From: Wallemia ichthyophaga EXF-994
Lineage: Eukaryota; Fungi; Basidiomycota
Assembly (NCBI RefSeq): GCF_000400465.1
Contig: NW_008806284.1
Span: 20,001 to 268,000, forward strand
Reading direction: 5' to 3'
DNA length: 248,000 nt
The notes beneath the pieces are model-generated. The model was not told the origin of the DNA and did no database searches. It saw only the letters and a program-made list of their open reading frames with translations. This document shows positions 40,765-52,171 of the stretch, piece by piece. Position 1 is the stretch's first letter. Each line of letters starts with the position of its first letter. A program made the position numbers and the translations under genes.

Positions 40765-43546
40765 TCACTCCTCTTCATCATGCTGGTCATCACGCTTGAA
40801 CAGATCGAGCATCTCATTCAATCCAAGCTTGTTAGACACCGCCTTGCCGCTGAGTGCTGCCTCGGCCAGTTCGCGCTTTTTCTTTTGAAGCTCGAGTATA
40901 CGATCTTCTACAGTCTGCACCACCGTTAATTTGTATATATGCACTTCGCGTTTCTGTCCGAGACGGTGGGCTCTGTCGAAAGCTTGGTCTTCGAGCGCAG
41001 GATTCCACCACATGTCAGACAAAATGACGCGCGAACATATATTCAGATTAAGCCCTGTCGATCCGGCTTTGAAGGATATCAGTATGACTGATGGTGTGTT
41101 AGAGAATCAACTTTTGCACTCAAGCATAAGCGTAAGCATATGCCCTAGCATTGGCACTCCCACCTGTTGTCTTATCATCCGACTTTATCTGATTAAGCAC
41201 AGCCTCGCGTTCGATTGGATTCATAGATCCATCGTATCTTACGTACTTGTAGCCAGCTGCTTTGACGAAGCTTTCAATGATATCGAGGAATGTGACGAAT
41301 TGTGAGAATATGATGGTTTTCTCTGGGGTATTCGTGATTTTGTGGCTGCTATTTTTGTCCTTGTGATTCTTGTGATTCTTTTGATCCTTATGACCGCTCT
41401 TGTTGTCCTTCTTTTCAGTGTCCTTTCTCAATTTCGCTTCCTTCCTTTCCTGCTCCCGATCGTCATCACTTTCACTGAGCACAATCTGCTGACTCTTTTT
41501 CTTCAGGATTGATTTCTTGCTTTTACTCTTCTCGCTTTTCTCGTTCTTCTCAACGCGCTTTCTGTCATCGTCATCCGCCTTTTTTATGTCCATCGACGCT
41601 GTACGCTTGATAATTGTGTCAAGATCGTCATTTTCGCTGCTACTGATATCTATAGCTTTAGACGGGAGGCCAGCCGGATCGAGGCGCGTTTGAGGGGTGT
41701 GTGGAGTGTACGAATCTGTCTGTGTCTGTGTCTTCTGTTGTGATCGCCCTTTGGTGTTTGGTTTAATAGCAGTGCTAGTAGAAGCTGCAGCAACATCAGT
41801 AGCGCTATGCACCTCTTCCAAAATACGCATAATAGCTCTAATCTTTGCACTCTCCACCAACCCCGTCGCATCACCCGACTTATCAACTCCACTACTCCCT
41901 ACTACCTTCGCTTTTCCCTTGTCGATCTGTAGATCCTCATCGACATGCTTCTTCTCACCTACACCTAACCCAGTGAAAAGATCCGCGAGCTCATCCGCCT
42001 CTTTCTCATCCTCCTCTTCCTCCACTTTACCTGGCTGTTGTGACCGCATAGCCGGTTCGTTAGCGACAAAGTCATCCTTGCTGTAAGCGCGCGTGACGAG
42101 ATGTGGATGACAGCAAGCCTGTCTCAAACGGAGCAACAGAGTTAAGACGCTAGTGTACCTGCTATTAATAGCGCCCTCTGTCACGAACTTGCTGATAGTT
42201 TGCTGAGCGCGATCGTGAACGTTATCGTAGAATCTGCGCTCCTCCTCATCGAACAAGCACGCAACATCCGTAACATGCTTCGGGGGTAGTGTGATAAGCG
42301 CCGATCCGTCCTCATTCAAGGTGTTCTTTGTACGTCGCAGCATAACCAATTTGAGAATCAGCTGTAAACGCGCTATCGCCACTTTGACACGGCCACTTTT
42401 CATAGGCGTGCTAATGCGCGTCTTGAACTCGTCATAATGACGAAAAGGCTCTATGCGCAGGAAACGTAGCAACGCATAGAGCTCGTCGACGTTGTTCTGG
42501 ATGGGCGTACCCGTCAGACACCATCTGTAGCATGCAGATAGCCCCGCACATGCTATGCTCGTCTTACTCGTCCGGTTCTTGATGTTCTGTGCTTCGTCGA
42601 GCACAACGCGTTGGAAATTGCCCTCAAAAAGGGCGCAAAGAGGCTTCTTCTGCTTGCCAGTTTTACCCGTTTTGCTTTTGGTACCGCTACTGCTCTTACT
42701 TTTGCTGCCACCTGGCTCCTCACTCTCGTACACGCGGTGCTCAGATGACACCGTCTGGTAGCTCGTTACGACGACATCGTAATTGGCAAAGGCAGCAGCG
42801 TCGCGCGTGCGTGCTGCGCCGTGGTGTGTGAGTACGCGCACGCCGTCGCACTTACTTTTGGCCTCCGTCTCCCACTGCGCCACCACAGCTAGAGGTGCTA
42901 CGATGAGGGTAGTTTTGGACCACTCACGTACAACTTGCTTATCAGAGCTATTGGAGAGGATGAGTGCGAGAGTCTGGACAGTTTTCCCAAGTCCCATCTT
43001 AACGCTGTCAGAGTGAGCGAGTTGGATGTAAAACGCGCAACTCACATCATCAGCTAGAATACCGCCATGCTTATTAGATACGCCACTCTCGCGGTCGCGC
43101 ATCCAAGCTACACCGGCTATCTGGTGCTGGAGAAGGGTGATGTCGGGCATTCCAGGGATAGTTGCGGTGGATGGGAGATCAACATCGTCGTAATCAGCAG
43201 TCACGCCTGAAATGAGCTCGTTGAGGTGTTTGTTCGCCTCGCTGGAAGTCGTCGCCGTCGTCGTGTCTGAGGATGACGGCGTATCTTCTCGCGGGAGCGG
43301 CGTGACTGGGGGCAAGGAAACACTTGCTAGTGGGGGTGGCGATACCTGGTGGACTGCTACACGTGATGCCAATGGTTGTGGCGGGCGGGCGTAAAGGTTC
43401 TTGGATACAGGCGCTGCCCAGCCATTAGGTGCACGCTGTGGTATGCCGTATGTAGGTGGTGGTAGACCTGCTGGACGTGTACTCTGTGTACCTTGTGTGT
43501 TGTGTGTTTTGTGTGCACCGCGTGCGCCCTGGTTACCAGTATACAT
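40765..43546 (-). CDS. SNF2-family helicase (Uls1/Rad5-16-like)
   Basis: GGILADD-MGLGKT, VVLDEAQNIKN, LTGTPIQN, QAFDRAHRLGQ. Confidence 0.9.
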
Positions 43547-43653
43547 GACAGTATCTACTTAAAGACAAAGACACTACCCTGAAAACAAAGCAAATGTGAA
43601 ATAAATTTGTATCAACACGCTCATGACATTCAGATTCATACAAAAAGTATAGC

Positions 43654-44464
43654 TTAAGCCTCGCGAGTTTGTTGAGTACCACGTAACAAACCGGTACGTC
43701 TGGCAGCAATAAGACCAGCCTTTTGACCAGAAGGAGCATCTCTGGCGATGGTAGAGGCGTGACCAATGTGTTGGTGGTTACCACCACCGTGAGGGTGGTC
43801 TACTGGGTTCATGGCAACACCACGAGTACGTGGCCAGCAGTTTCTCTTGACCTTGAACTTGTGGTGAGCGGCACCAGCCTTGAGGAGAGGCTTGTCAATA
43901 CGACCACCACCAGCGACAATACCAATTGAAGCTCTGGATGAACCGACGACAGCCTTCTTAGCACCGGATGGAAGACGGATTCTAGTCTTACCGTCGACCT
44001 CAGAGTGACCGATGATGGTGGCGTAGTTGCCTGAAGCTCTAGCCAATGCACCTCTGTCACCAGACTTCTCCTCAATGTTGCAGATGATGGTACCTTCTGG
44101 CATTTGGGAGACAGGCAAAACGTTACCGACGGCGAGAGCAGCCTTCTTACCGCAGTAGACGAAAGCACCGGTGTAGAGACCTTCGGTAGCGATGAAGGTC
44201 TCGGTACGGAGCTTGTAGCGGTATTGGTCACGGAAAACGACACGAGCCAAAGGAGCACCACGGCCAGCGTCGTGGATGATCTCCTTGACTATACCACGGA
44301 TGTAGCCGTTACGCTCAGCATAGTCGTAAGTACGGAGCTGGGCTGGGGCCTTGTTGTGGTGGGTGTGAGACTGGAAAATACCACCGTTTTTACGCTGCGA
44401 TCTGATGACTCTACCCCTGTTTAAATTGTGAGAATATGTTAGGGCGCCTGAATAAATTTTACAT
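43654..44464 (-). CDS. RPL2: 60S ribosomal protein L2 (uL2)
   Basis: [25 protein letters not shown]. Confidence 0.97.
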
Positions 44465-44599
44465 TTCGTCGACGCTGTGGCTTGAAGCTAAGAGAGAAGG
44501 ATTTTTTAGAGAAGGATAAAAACTGAAAAAATTGAAGGTAAAAAGAGTGAATGGAGAGAGATATAAAAATGAATACAGATACCCATAATAGCCAGCTAA

Positions 44600-45225
44600 T
44601 TGAGTTGAATATGCGTGTGCGTCATGGTTAGTATGGCGTAATCACACCGTTAGAGCTGTTGTGGATATGTGAGTGGTTGTACACTACCAGCACTCCCACC
44701 CACCCTCTCATTGGACCTTGTTCAAATTGAATATTGATTTCTTCAACCAATGGCAATTTATTTGGTGATCTTGCGTAGAGAACGATATTCCCGTCGTTGC
44801 TATGGTATTAGTAGGTGGCTGATTGGAATAAATAGTACTCCCGCGCACCTCATCGTTGGCTGCTGCGTTGAAACTAGATTAGCTTCCTCAATCCCAGGAA
44901 GACGTGGTTTGGCGCCTGTCTGACGACGATGACGCGAGATTGTAAGTGGGTTGCTTTGGACGTATCAATTGAGTTTCATCTCTTCCAATTGCCTCCCATC
45001 TCCGCCCATCAACCCAGAAATGGCGATATCAAGAGATGGAAATGAAGCACTTACACGTCGTAGTTGAGTGAATGCGTTGAGGGCGTTGCGGGCATAGAGT
45101 TTAAACCACTCGTGGTAATATGTGCAGCTGCTGCGATTGCTGGAGGTGTGTCAAGTGGTGTGATGTGAGATGTGTGTGTGTGAGTGTTATCAGTACCCAC
45201 CGATAAAGGGGATCAAGGAGAACAT
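44600..45225 (-). CDS. Small multi-exon secreted/ER protein, unassigned
   Basis: Spliced signal-like MFSLIPFIAIAAAAH; several GTGGGT/CAG introns. Confidence 0.3.
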
Positions 45226-45307
45226 CGATGTAGCTGATAAAGAAGGAATTTAAATAAAGAAATCAATTTATCAACTTTACATAGACGACGGGGGTGTCTA
45301 GATTGAG

Positions 45308-46498
45308 ATGCTCACAACCATGACGGGGGATCTCAATAGGATCTACAATACGCATAAATCTAAATCAAATGAGAATAAACTCAATAAATACAAAATACTT
45401 GGTTTCTTGTCCTCCGGGACTTACGGGAAGGTGTTCAAGGCAGAGGCTGTAGATGACGCTAATAAGGTCTACGCGATTAAAAAGTTTAAACCTGATAATC
45501 AGTTGTTCATGGGAATATCTCAGTCTGCTATTCGAGAAATCAGCTTGAATAGCGAGATTAACAGCGAAAATTTGGCAAAGTTAGTCGAAGTGCTGCTCAT
45601 GGATGGAGCTATCTACATGATATTCGAATACGCAGAGCATGATTTACTACAAATCATTTATCATCACTCTCAAATTGTTAGAAATGATATTGATCCACTC
45701 GTACTGAAATCATTCCTTTACCAGCTAACAAATGGTGTACACTACTTGCACTCAAACTTTATCATCCACAGAGACCTCAAGCCTGCCAATATCCTCGTCA
45801 CAAACACTGGGGTTGTTAAGGTTGGTGATTTGGGTTTAGCTAGGGTGTTTAAGGCTCCCCTACAGCCACTCTACAACGGCGACAAAGTCGTTGTTACTAT
45901 TTGGTACAGATCCCCCGAGCTTCTCCTAGGCACACGTCACTATACGCCTGCCATTGATATTTGGGCTATTGGCTGCATATACGCTGAAATGCTATCTTTA
46001 CGTCCATTATTCAAAGGTGATGAAGTCAGGCTGGATAACAAGAAATTGCCCTTCCAATCGCATCAAATGATCTGCATTATGGACTTGCTAGGTTTCCCAA
46101 ACACGACTAGATACCCAGACATAAAAAACCTGCCTGACTACAACGAGTTGATGCAATTCAATCCCCAACAATTCTCCTATAAACTCAATCACTGGTTTGC
46201 ACAGCGATCCAACTCACTCCAAGGATTCGATCTGCTTGATAAGATGTTACAGTATGACCCGACACAGCGACTGAGCGCCAAAGACGCGCTCAACCATCCA
46301 TTCTTCACCACCGAACAACCCCAACCTCTTTCAGCCCCACTTGCAACACACAGCGAGAATATCTACCCAACGCGGCGCGTCACACACGACGGCGAGCTCG
46401 ATGGGCTTAGTAGCCAGCACAGTGGTGTCTCGGGCGCAGGCGCAGGAGGTGGAAGTGCGCAGAGTGGTCCATCACGCAAGCGAAGTCGGTTAGTGTAA
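45308..46498 (+). CDS. SSN3: Mediator kinase CDK8/Srb10
   Basis: GFLSSGTYGKVFKA, ISQSAIREI, HRDLKPANILV, DKVVVTIWYRSPELLLG. Confidence 0.93.
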   Translation: MLTTMTGDLNRIYNTHKSKSNENKLNKYKILGFLSSGTYGKVFKAEAVDDANKVYAIKKFKPDNQLFMGISQSAIREISLNSEINSENLAKLVEVLLMDGAIYMIFEYAEHDLLQIIYHHSQIVRNDIDPLVLKSFLYQLTNGVHYLHSNFIIHRDLKPANILVTNTGVVKVGDLGLARVFKAPLQPLYNGDKVVVTIWYRSPELLLGTRHYTPAIDIWAIGCIYAEMLSLRPLFKGDEVRLDNKKLPFQSHQMICIMDLLGFPNTTRYPDIKNLPDYNELMQFNPQQFSYKLNHWFAQRSNSLQGFDLLDKMLQYDPTQRLSAKDALNHPFFTTEQPQPLSAPLATHSENIYPTRRVTHDGELDGLSSQHSGVSGAGAGGGSAQSGPSRKRSRLV

Positions 46499-46532
46499 TA
46501 AAGTGTATTTTAATATGACCACATGATATATC

Positions 46533-47459
46533 TTGATCTTCACCACCACCACACGCTGCACACAACTCAAACGCATGTCGAACAACCCCGTCTACACATA
46601 TCACGAAAAACAGCACTTCAATCTCGGTGGTAACTCGCGTAAGCGTAAGATCGGGATTGAGTCGCTGCGCCGATTCGACCATTGTGCGCTATGCCTCGGC
46701 GTAGCACGCGAGGCGACGAGTACCCCGAGGGGAATTATATACTGTAAAGAGTGCATATATGCGGATCTGTTAGCGCAAAAGCAGGAGATAAAGGCTGCGA
46801 AAACCACCCTGAAGCAGCTCAAGCAGGCGCAGAAGGATGGTTCAGCAAGACGAGCAGAAATTAGCAAACAGGGAAATGTGGAGAGGTTCGATAAGGCGCA
46901 GAAGCTGGGTGGGGACAATTCACAATCTCAATCGCAATCGCAACCAAACTCAAGCTCACAATCTCACCCCACTCTACCCAGCTTTTGGCTGTCTTCTCTC
47001 CAGCCTAACATCAGCGATGAGCAGAATATTGCTGATCGGATACGCGCGTTAGAGGCCCAGAAGATGGTGACTCTCTGTCGACAGGCTACCCCTCCTCATC
47101 CACTCACACTCAAGGATCTCACGCCTGTCAAGATTAAGTACACTGACAGCGCACGCGATGTTGCTGTGTGCAGTGGATGCAATAGGACACTTAACAATTC
47201 AACTAGAATGCTTCTCACTAAATCTTGTCATAATCTTCTCTGCGGCTATTGCATAGACACTCTCTACACACCATCGCAGCAGTGCCCTGTATGCGATGAA
47301 AAGGTTGATACAAATCCAGACGATTTGATTAGGATATCCGTTGAAGGTTGGCTATTTCATTTGATTCTATTCACTCACTCACACCTTCCAGGCACCGGTT
47401 TCGCTGGTGGTGGCGGTGTTATGCTCAAGAAGAGAACAGGAACACTCGGGCTCAATTAG
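46533..47459 (+). CDS. NOSIP-like RING protein
   Basis: YTYHE...SLRRFDHCALCL..AREATSTPRGIIYCKECI; C-terminal RING. Confidence 0.85.
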   Translation: MIFTTTTRCTQLKRMSNNPVYTYHEKQHFNLGGNSRKRKIGIESLRRFDHCALCLGVAREATSTPRGIIYCKECIYADLLAQKQEIKAAKTTLKQLKQAQKDGSARRAEISKQGNVERFDKAQKLGGDNSQSQSQSQPNSSSQSHPTLPSFWLSSLQPNISDEQNIADRIRALEAQKMVTLCRQATPPHPLTLKDLTPVKIKYTDSARDVAVCSGCNRTLNNSTRMLLTKSCHNLLCGYCIDTLYTPSQQCPVCDEKVDTNPDDLIRISVEGWLFHLILFTHSHLPGTGFAGGGGVMLKKRTGTLGLN

Positions 47460-47574
47460 TTTGCTAATGTGTATTATTTATATAGAGTACATTTCTCGTT
47501 GCATCGCTTTCATGTCCTGTTTTCTTGCATTAGCTAACGCGCCAACGCACCATACACACCCCAGTTACACCAGT

Positions 47575-47641
47575 GTATCAGTAAAAGCGTTTAAAGTTTG
47601 ACTTCATGTGTTTGCAGAGATTGTTCACAATACCATCATGT
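47575..47641 (-). ncRNA. Box C/D snoRNA copy 1, LSU A-loop (Um2921-equivalent, snR52-like) guide
   Basis: ATGATG box C, GTGAACAATC antisense to LSU GAUUGUUCAC, D' CTGC, D CTGA. Confidence 0.65.
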
Positions 47642-47786
47642 TGTGTGCGCTGTGGGGTGTGCTGGATGTACACAAACCCACCTCATTGTCTCATCACCAT
47701 ATTTCGTTAACGTTTACTGGAAATTCCTGTCTTGGTCGTTTGTTAGTTGGGTTCAAAACGTCCCTCAGACTCCGCGACCGCTCTTC

Positions 47787-47858
47787 AATGTCAGCGAATA
47801 AGCGTTATAAAGAGTTGACTTCATGTGTTTGCAGAGATTGTTCACAAAACCATCATTC
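47787..47858 (-). ncRNA. Box C/D snoRNA copy 2, paralog of copy 1
   Basis: Same boxes and guide; ~34 bp core shared with copy 1; AACGCTTA before box D. Confidence 0.65.
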
Positions 47859-47912
47859 GAGAGAGCGGTCTGGATTCTGAATAAATTGTACTCACCAATT
47901 GCGTTAGTTTTG

Positions 47913-48000
47913 CTTCTCAGTTACACCAACTCCTTCGCTCTCCACACATGATTACATTTCAGTTAGAGCTAATACATTTTATCCCTCCTCTTCTCAATGA
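47913..48000 (-). ncRNA. Box C/D snoRNA, SSU guide (SNORD45/Am159-like)
   Basis: ATGTATTAGCTCTA (14-nt antisense to SSU UAGAGCUAAUACAU) followed by A-CTGA; terminal CTGA at 47917-47920; box C degenerate. Confidence 0.55.
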
Positions 48001-48156
48001 GAATCGAGTGATAATAACTTTTCATCCTTGTAAACGAGTGTGGAGTCGTCGAAGAAAGTGATAAAGCAATGGTAAAACTAACTTACATCTTCATCCTAAA
48101 AACGATAATTAGCAAGAACACTAATAATAACACCACGCAAGACACCATCACAAACA

Positions 48157-48258
48157 CCCTCAGAGAGAAGATTTATCCCTGATAATGTCGGTCATCAATC
48201 CGCGAGTGATGAATCACACCAGAAATCCCCACAAGAATGAATAGCGATTATCATCTTG
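48157..48258 (-). ncRNA. Box C/D snoRNA, U6 guide (mgU6-47/SNORD7-like)
   Basis: Box C ATGATAA, C' TTGATGA, AATCTTCTCT antisense to U6 AGAGAAGAUU directly before box D CTGA. Confidence 0.65.
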
Positions 48259-48314
48259 GAGTGAGACTAGCGAGTGGTGTCTAGCGTGAGGTGTGAATTG
48301 CACTCACATTGCAA

Positions 48315-49233
48315 CTAGACATCTTTCACGATTGGTGAGTTGTAACGCTGTGCGTAGCCAGTCCAGCTTTCATCGTAAATGGAGCTATGACCTCCAATAA
48401 CTTCCAGGGCAAGAGCTACGATCGCGGCTGTCATCCCTGAGCCGCAACTAGTAATGACATCTTTCTTCCCTTCGAGGACCATATCCAGCTGCTGCTTTCC
48501 GAGTGTATTTTCAAACACCGCACGAAGCTCTTCAGGGCTCTTAAGCTGGCCATCCTGAAGCAATTGGGGAAAAGCGAGCGAGAGAGCACCAGGCATATGA
48601 CCCGACGACAGGCCCTGTCTGGGTTCAGGCGCCGCGCCCGCAAAGCGAGGCTGCGGACGAGCATCGAGTATGACGCTATCTTTACGCTCAATGGTGTTGA
48701 GAATATCTATGTGGTCCTTGATAAAGTTCTTCTCCAGTGTAGGTACGGGGTACTCTGAGCGTTGGGAAACATACTCTCCCGACTCTACAGGTAAACCTTC
48801 CCTCTCATAGGCTGGGAGACCACCGTCGAGGACAGCGACATTTGGATGACCCATTGCGCGAAAGGTGAAAGCAGCGCGTGGAGCGCTAAAAACACCGACT
48901 GTGTCATAGAGGAGGACTTGAGAGTTGCGCTCAATTCCCAATTGGGAACACGCTGATGCAAAAATTGCAGGTGAGGGGAGCATATGACCGACAAAGCCAT
49001 CTGGGTGGTTCGAAGCAATTTTGTCGAGATCCCAACGCCTTGCTTGAGGGAGGTGCTTGGAGAGGTACTCGTCGTTTGGGTTGCGCGCGCTGTTAGGCAT
49101 GTGCCACGAAGCATCCTGGCAGAGATGAGCGTGAGCAAGAGCAGAGACCATCTCAGCTGCTCAGCTTGCTCACCAACGCAATGAAGTGCTTGAGGTCGCG
49201 CAGCTGGCGTGCTTTGACAATTCTCGTAGTCAT
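48315..49233 (-). CDS. TUM1: Tandem-rhodanese sulfurtransferase
   Basis: DASWHMP, APRAAFTFRAMGH, ILDARPQPRFAG..PEPR, TSCGSGMTA, YDESWT. Confidence 0.92.
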
Positions 49234-49284
49234 CGTCGTTGCAGTTCAAGAAGCTTTTCTTGATTTTCTGTCAAATAACTTGAA

Positions 49285-50355
49285 ATGGAAAATAAAAAGT
49301 TGAACTTTGCAATCGCTAAATACCTCAAAAGCGCACAAGCTGGGTTAAGCGGCGAGAAGCAGGAATCACTCAGCGTTGCAATTGAGTCGTTGGAGGATGT
49401 CTTCGAGGTGGATGACACGCAGGCAGGTGCTTTGGATAGCCCAGTGGATTTGGCAGCCTTGTTCAAGAGTGCGCAAGTCGCTGAGAAGCCACAAGCAGCA
49501 GCTGGGCCAGCTAACCAATCAGAGCCATCCGCTCAAGACATGGCCAAAGCAGACACACTCAAGGCTCAAGGCAATGCCCTCATGTCTGCGCAGAAGTACC
49601 AAGAAGCTGTAGACGCTTACACCCAAGCTATAGCCCTGCACTCCACCAACAAGATTCTCTATTCGTACGTGTACACTTCCTTCTAGAATGTACCCTGCTC
49701 ACTTGCTCACAGCAACAGAGCAGCTGCGTACTCGCAGGCTGGTGACCAAGACGCATCCATCGCAGACGCTAAGAAGGCACTCGAAATTGACCCGGCTTTC
49801 GCCAGAGCGTACTCGAGATTAGGTCACGCGTACTTCAACGCTAAGCAGTACGATAATGCCGTCAGCGCATATGAGGATGGTCTCAAGTATGATACCGACA
49901 ATCAGACCATGAAGTCTAGCCTCATCACCGCTAGATCCAAGGTAGGCGGCTCTGTTCAACAGAGAGAATCTCAGGATGCCGGCGCAGGTGCTGGTGCTGG
50001 TGCTGGTGCTGGCGGTGGTGGTATGCCTGATCTCTCAGCTCTCGCAGGCATGTTTGGCGGCGCTGGCGGTGGTGCTGGCGGCGGCGGCGGCGGCGGTATG
50101 CCTGATATCGGTGCTTTACTCAATAACCCAATGATGCGCCAGATGGCTCAATCGATGATGTCCAACGGCGGTATGGAGAGACTTATGTCTAACCCTGGTC
50201 TCAGGAACATGGCGGAGAACATGAGAAGTGGTGGACAGATGCCATCCATCGAGGAGTTGGCAGGTAACCCCGAACTCAGAGGTCTCGCTGAGTCTTTCGG
50301 TGCTGGTGGTGCTGGTGGTGCTGGCCAAGGCAATCCTCCACCAGGCAATGCTTAA
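49285..50355 (+). CDS. SGT2: TPR co-chaperone Sgt2
   Basis: SGT dimerisation domain, KAQGNALM TPR, STI1-like tail. Confidence 0.92.
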
Positions 50356-50403
50356 TTTCCATTAAATAAAGGTTTATTAGTAAAGATATCTATATGTATA
50401 CAT

Positions 50404-51750
50404 CTATTCATCATCTTCCTCCTCTTTCTCCTCCTCTTCTTGCTCCTGCTCCTGCTCACTCTCATTCTCCTGTACGTCTTGGTCTTCACTCTCTTCTGCA
50501 TCTCCCTCATCTTCATAGCCCGCACTGGCAACATCAAGACATGTGAGTCTGGTGCCCTTTGTGTTATATGCCGCGACACACTCCAACTGCACCTGCTTGC
50601 TTGACTTTGTGAGCGCACTCAGATCGAAAGCTCTTACGAATCCATCCGATGAGATAGTGATAGCGAGTAGTAAGTCAGCCACCAATCCAAACCTGACACT
50701 CTTGATGCGGTTTTGGTGACCTACCAGCTCAGCCACGAAAGCACTCTCTTCACCCTCTTTAATTGCATAAAGCAGCACCCTCTTGTCCTCGCTTGCAACG
50801 GCAAAAAACTCAACACCATCGTCAAATCCCTGTGATTTGAGTGGTCTAGCGAAGCCAATGTCATTGAACTTAGTTGTCAATTTAGCTGGCAGCCATGGTA
50901 AAGGAGGGAGCAATTCGAAACCCTGCGTATTTCTCATCTCAACATGTTGTTTGAACATGATTGCGATTATGTTCCCAGATTTACTAAACTTGACCACTTC
51001 CGGATTACCTTTGCGACCCTCAATACCTAATTTCGTGCCTGCGATTCTACCAACATGGCCAGCTTGTCTATTCGACTCCTTCGAGTTCTTGCCCAATCTC
51101 CACAGCTGTCCCATTCTGTCGCTGCCGACAGTCATTGCGAAGCCTCCCTTAGGATGCACAGCTGCTGAGTCTACGCTACCCTTGTGAGCGCGGAATGACT
51201 TAAGCAGCTCCCATTCACCGCATTTAAAGATATATATGTTCGAGTGCGTCGTACCGATTACGAGGTGGGCATGATTGACGAAAGACATTGTGAGTGGAGT
51301 GCCTGTGTGGAGTGTGTTAGCCGTGCTAGTCTTGCTAACTGTGTCTGCTGCAGTCGTAAGACCGCGCAATGTCGCACCTTCTGTACCAGTCAAAGAACCG
51401 ACTTCGACTCTTCTGCGTACATCCCACACTTTGATAGACTCGTCAGTACCTCCGGTAATAAGCCACTTGCCGCCCTTAGATGAGCCTGGCGGCGGCGGTG
51501 ATAGCGCGACGCTCTTGATACACGTGATGTGCGCAGGGAACATAAACAGCGGCTTGAATTGGAGCTTGCCAGCTTGCATGCGTAAATTGAATCCATACAG
51601 CAACCGCTCGTAGCTCCCTACGGCAACATTCACGCTCACTGGGCCACTTGCAGCTTTTTTGGCTTCAGGATTCTGAATTTTCGCACTTTTCGTTGGCACG
51701 TCACTGGCAGCCTGGTTCTGTTGAAATCTAGCTCTCTTTTGCCCGCCCAT
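50404..51750 (-). CDS. MAK11: 60S biogenesis WD40 Mak11/PAK1IP1
   Basis: VGSYERLLYG, FMFPAHITCIK, GHQNRIKSV, TRLTCL. Confidence 0.88.
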   Translation of the reverse strand: MGGQKRARFQQNQAASDVPTKSAKIQNPEAKKAASGPVSVNVAVGSYERLLYGFNLRMQAGKLQFKPLFMFPAHITCIKSVALSPPPPGSSKGGKWLITGGTDESIKVWDVRRRVEVGSLTGTEGATLRGLTTAADTVSKTSTANTLHTGTPLTMSFVNHAHLVIGTTHSNIYIFKCGEWELLKSFRAHKGSVDSAAVHPKGGFAMTVGSDRMGQLWRLGKNSKESNRQAGHVGRIAGTKLGIEGRKGNPEVVKFSKSGNIIAIMFKQHVEMRNTQGFELLPPLPWLPAKLTTKFNDIGFARPLKSQGFDDGVEFFAVASEDKRVLLYAIKEGEESAFVAELVGHQNRIKSVRFGLVADLLLAITISSDGFVRAFDLSALTKSSKQVQLECVAAYNTKGTRLTCLDVASAGYEDEGDAEESEDQDVQENESEQEQEQEEEEKEEEDDE

Positions 51751-52171
51751 TTATGCACTCTGCTGATCGTTGAGAGGAAGGAAGAGGAAGATTCTCCAGA
51801 TTACATCATAACAGAGTGACGAGTTAATCAATCTAGATTTAGCACTCTCTGAGCTACTTATATCCTTGCCAAGTATTGTAGCGGTCTATTACAGCTTAAA
51901 ATAGTAGCTCAAAATTTGCACATTCCTCGGATACTGCAGTCTTCAACAATCGGGATGTCCCCAAGCCTTTACTGACATGGGACTTGCTAAATTCACGTAA
52001 TACCAGTAACCACGGGCATTTCCCAGCGTGTGCCTCGTTCGTGCTGGAATTAAAGACACCATACATGCATTAAGCGAAGTATCTTCTATAAATAATACAT
52101 CCAAAAATAAATACATTGCACATATAAAGCCGCATTGCGGTCATTACCTCCCTTTTTCATTCTATCTTCCT

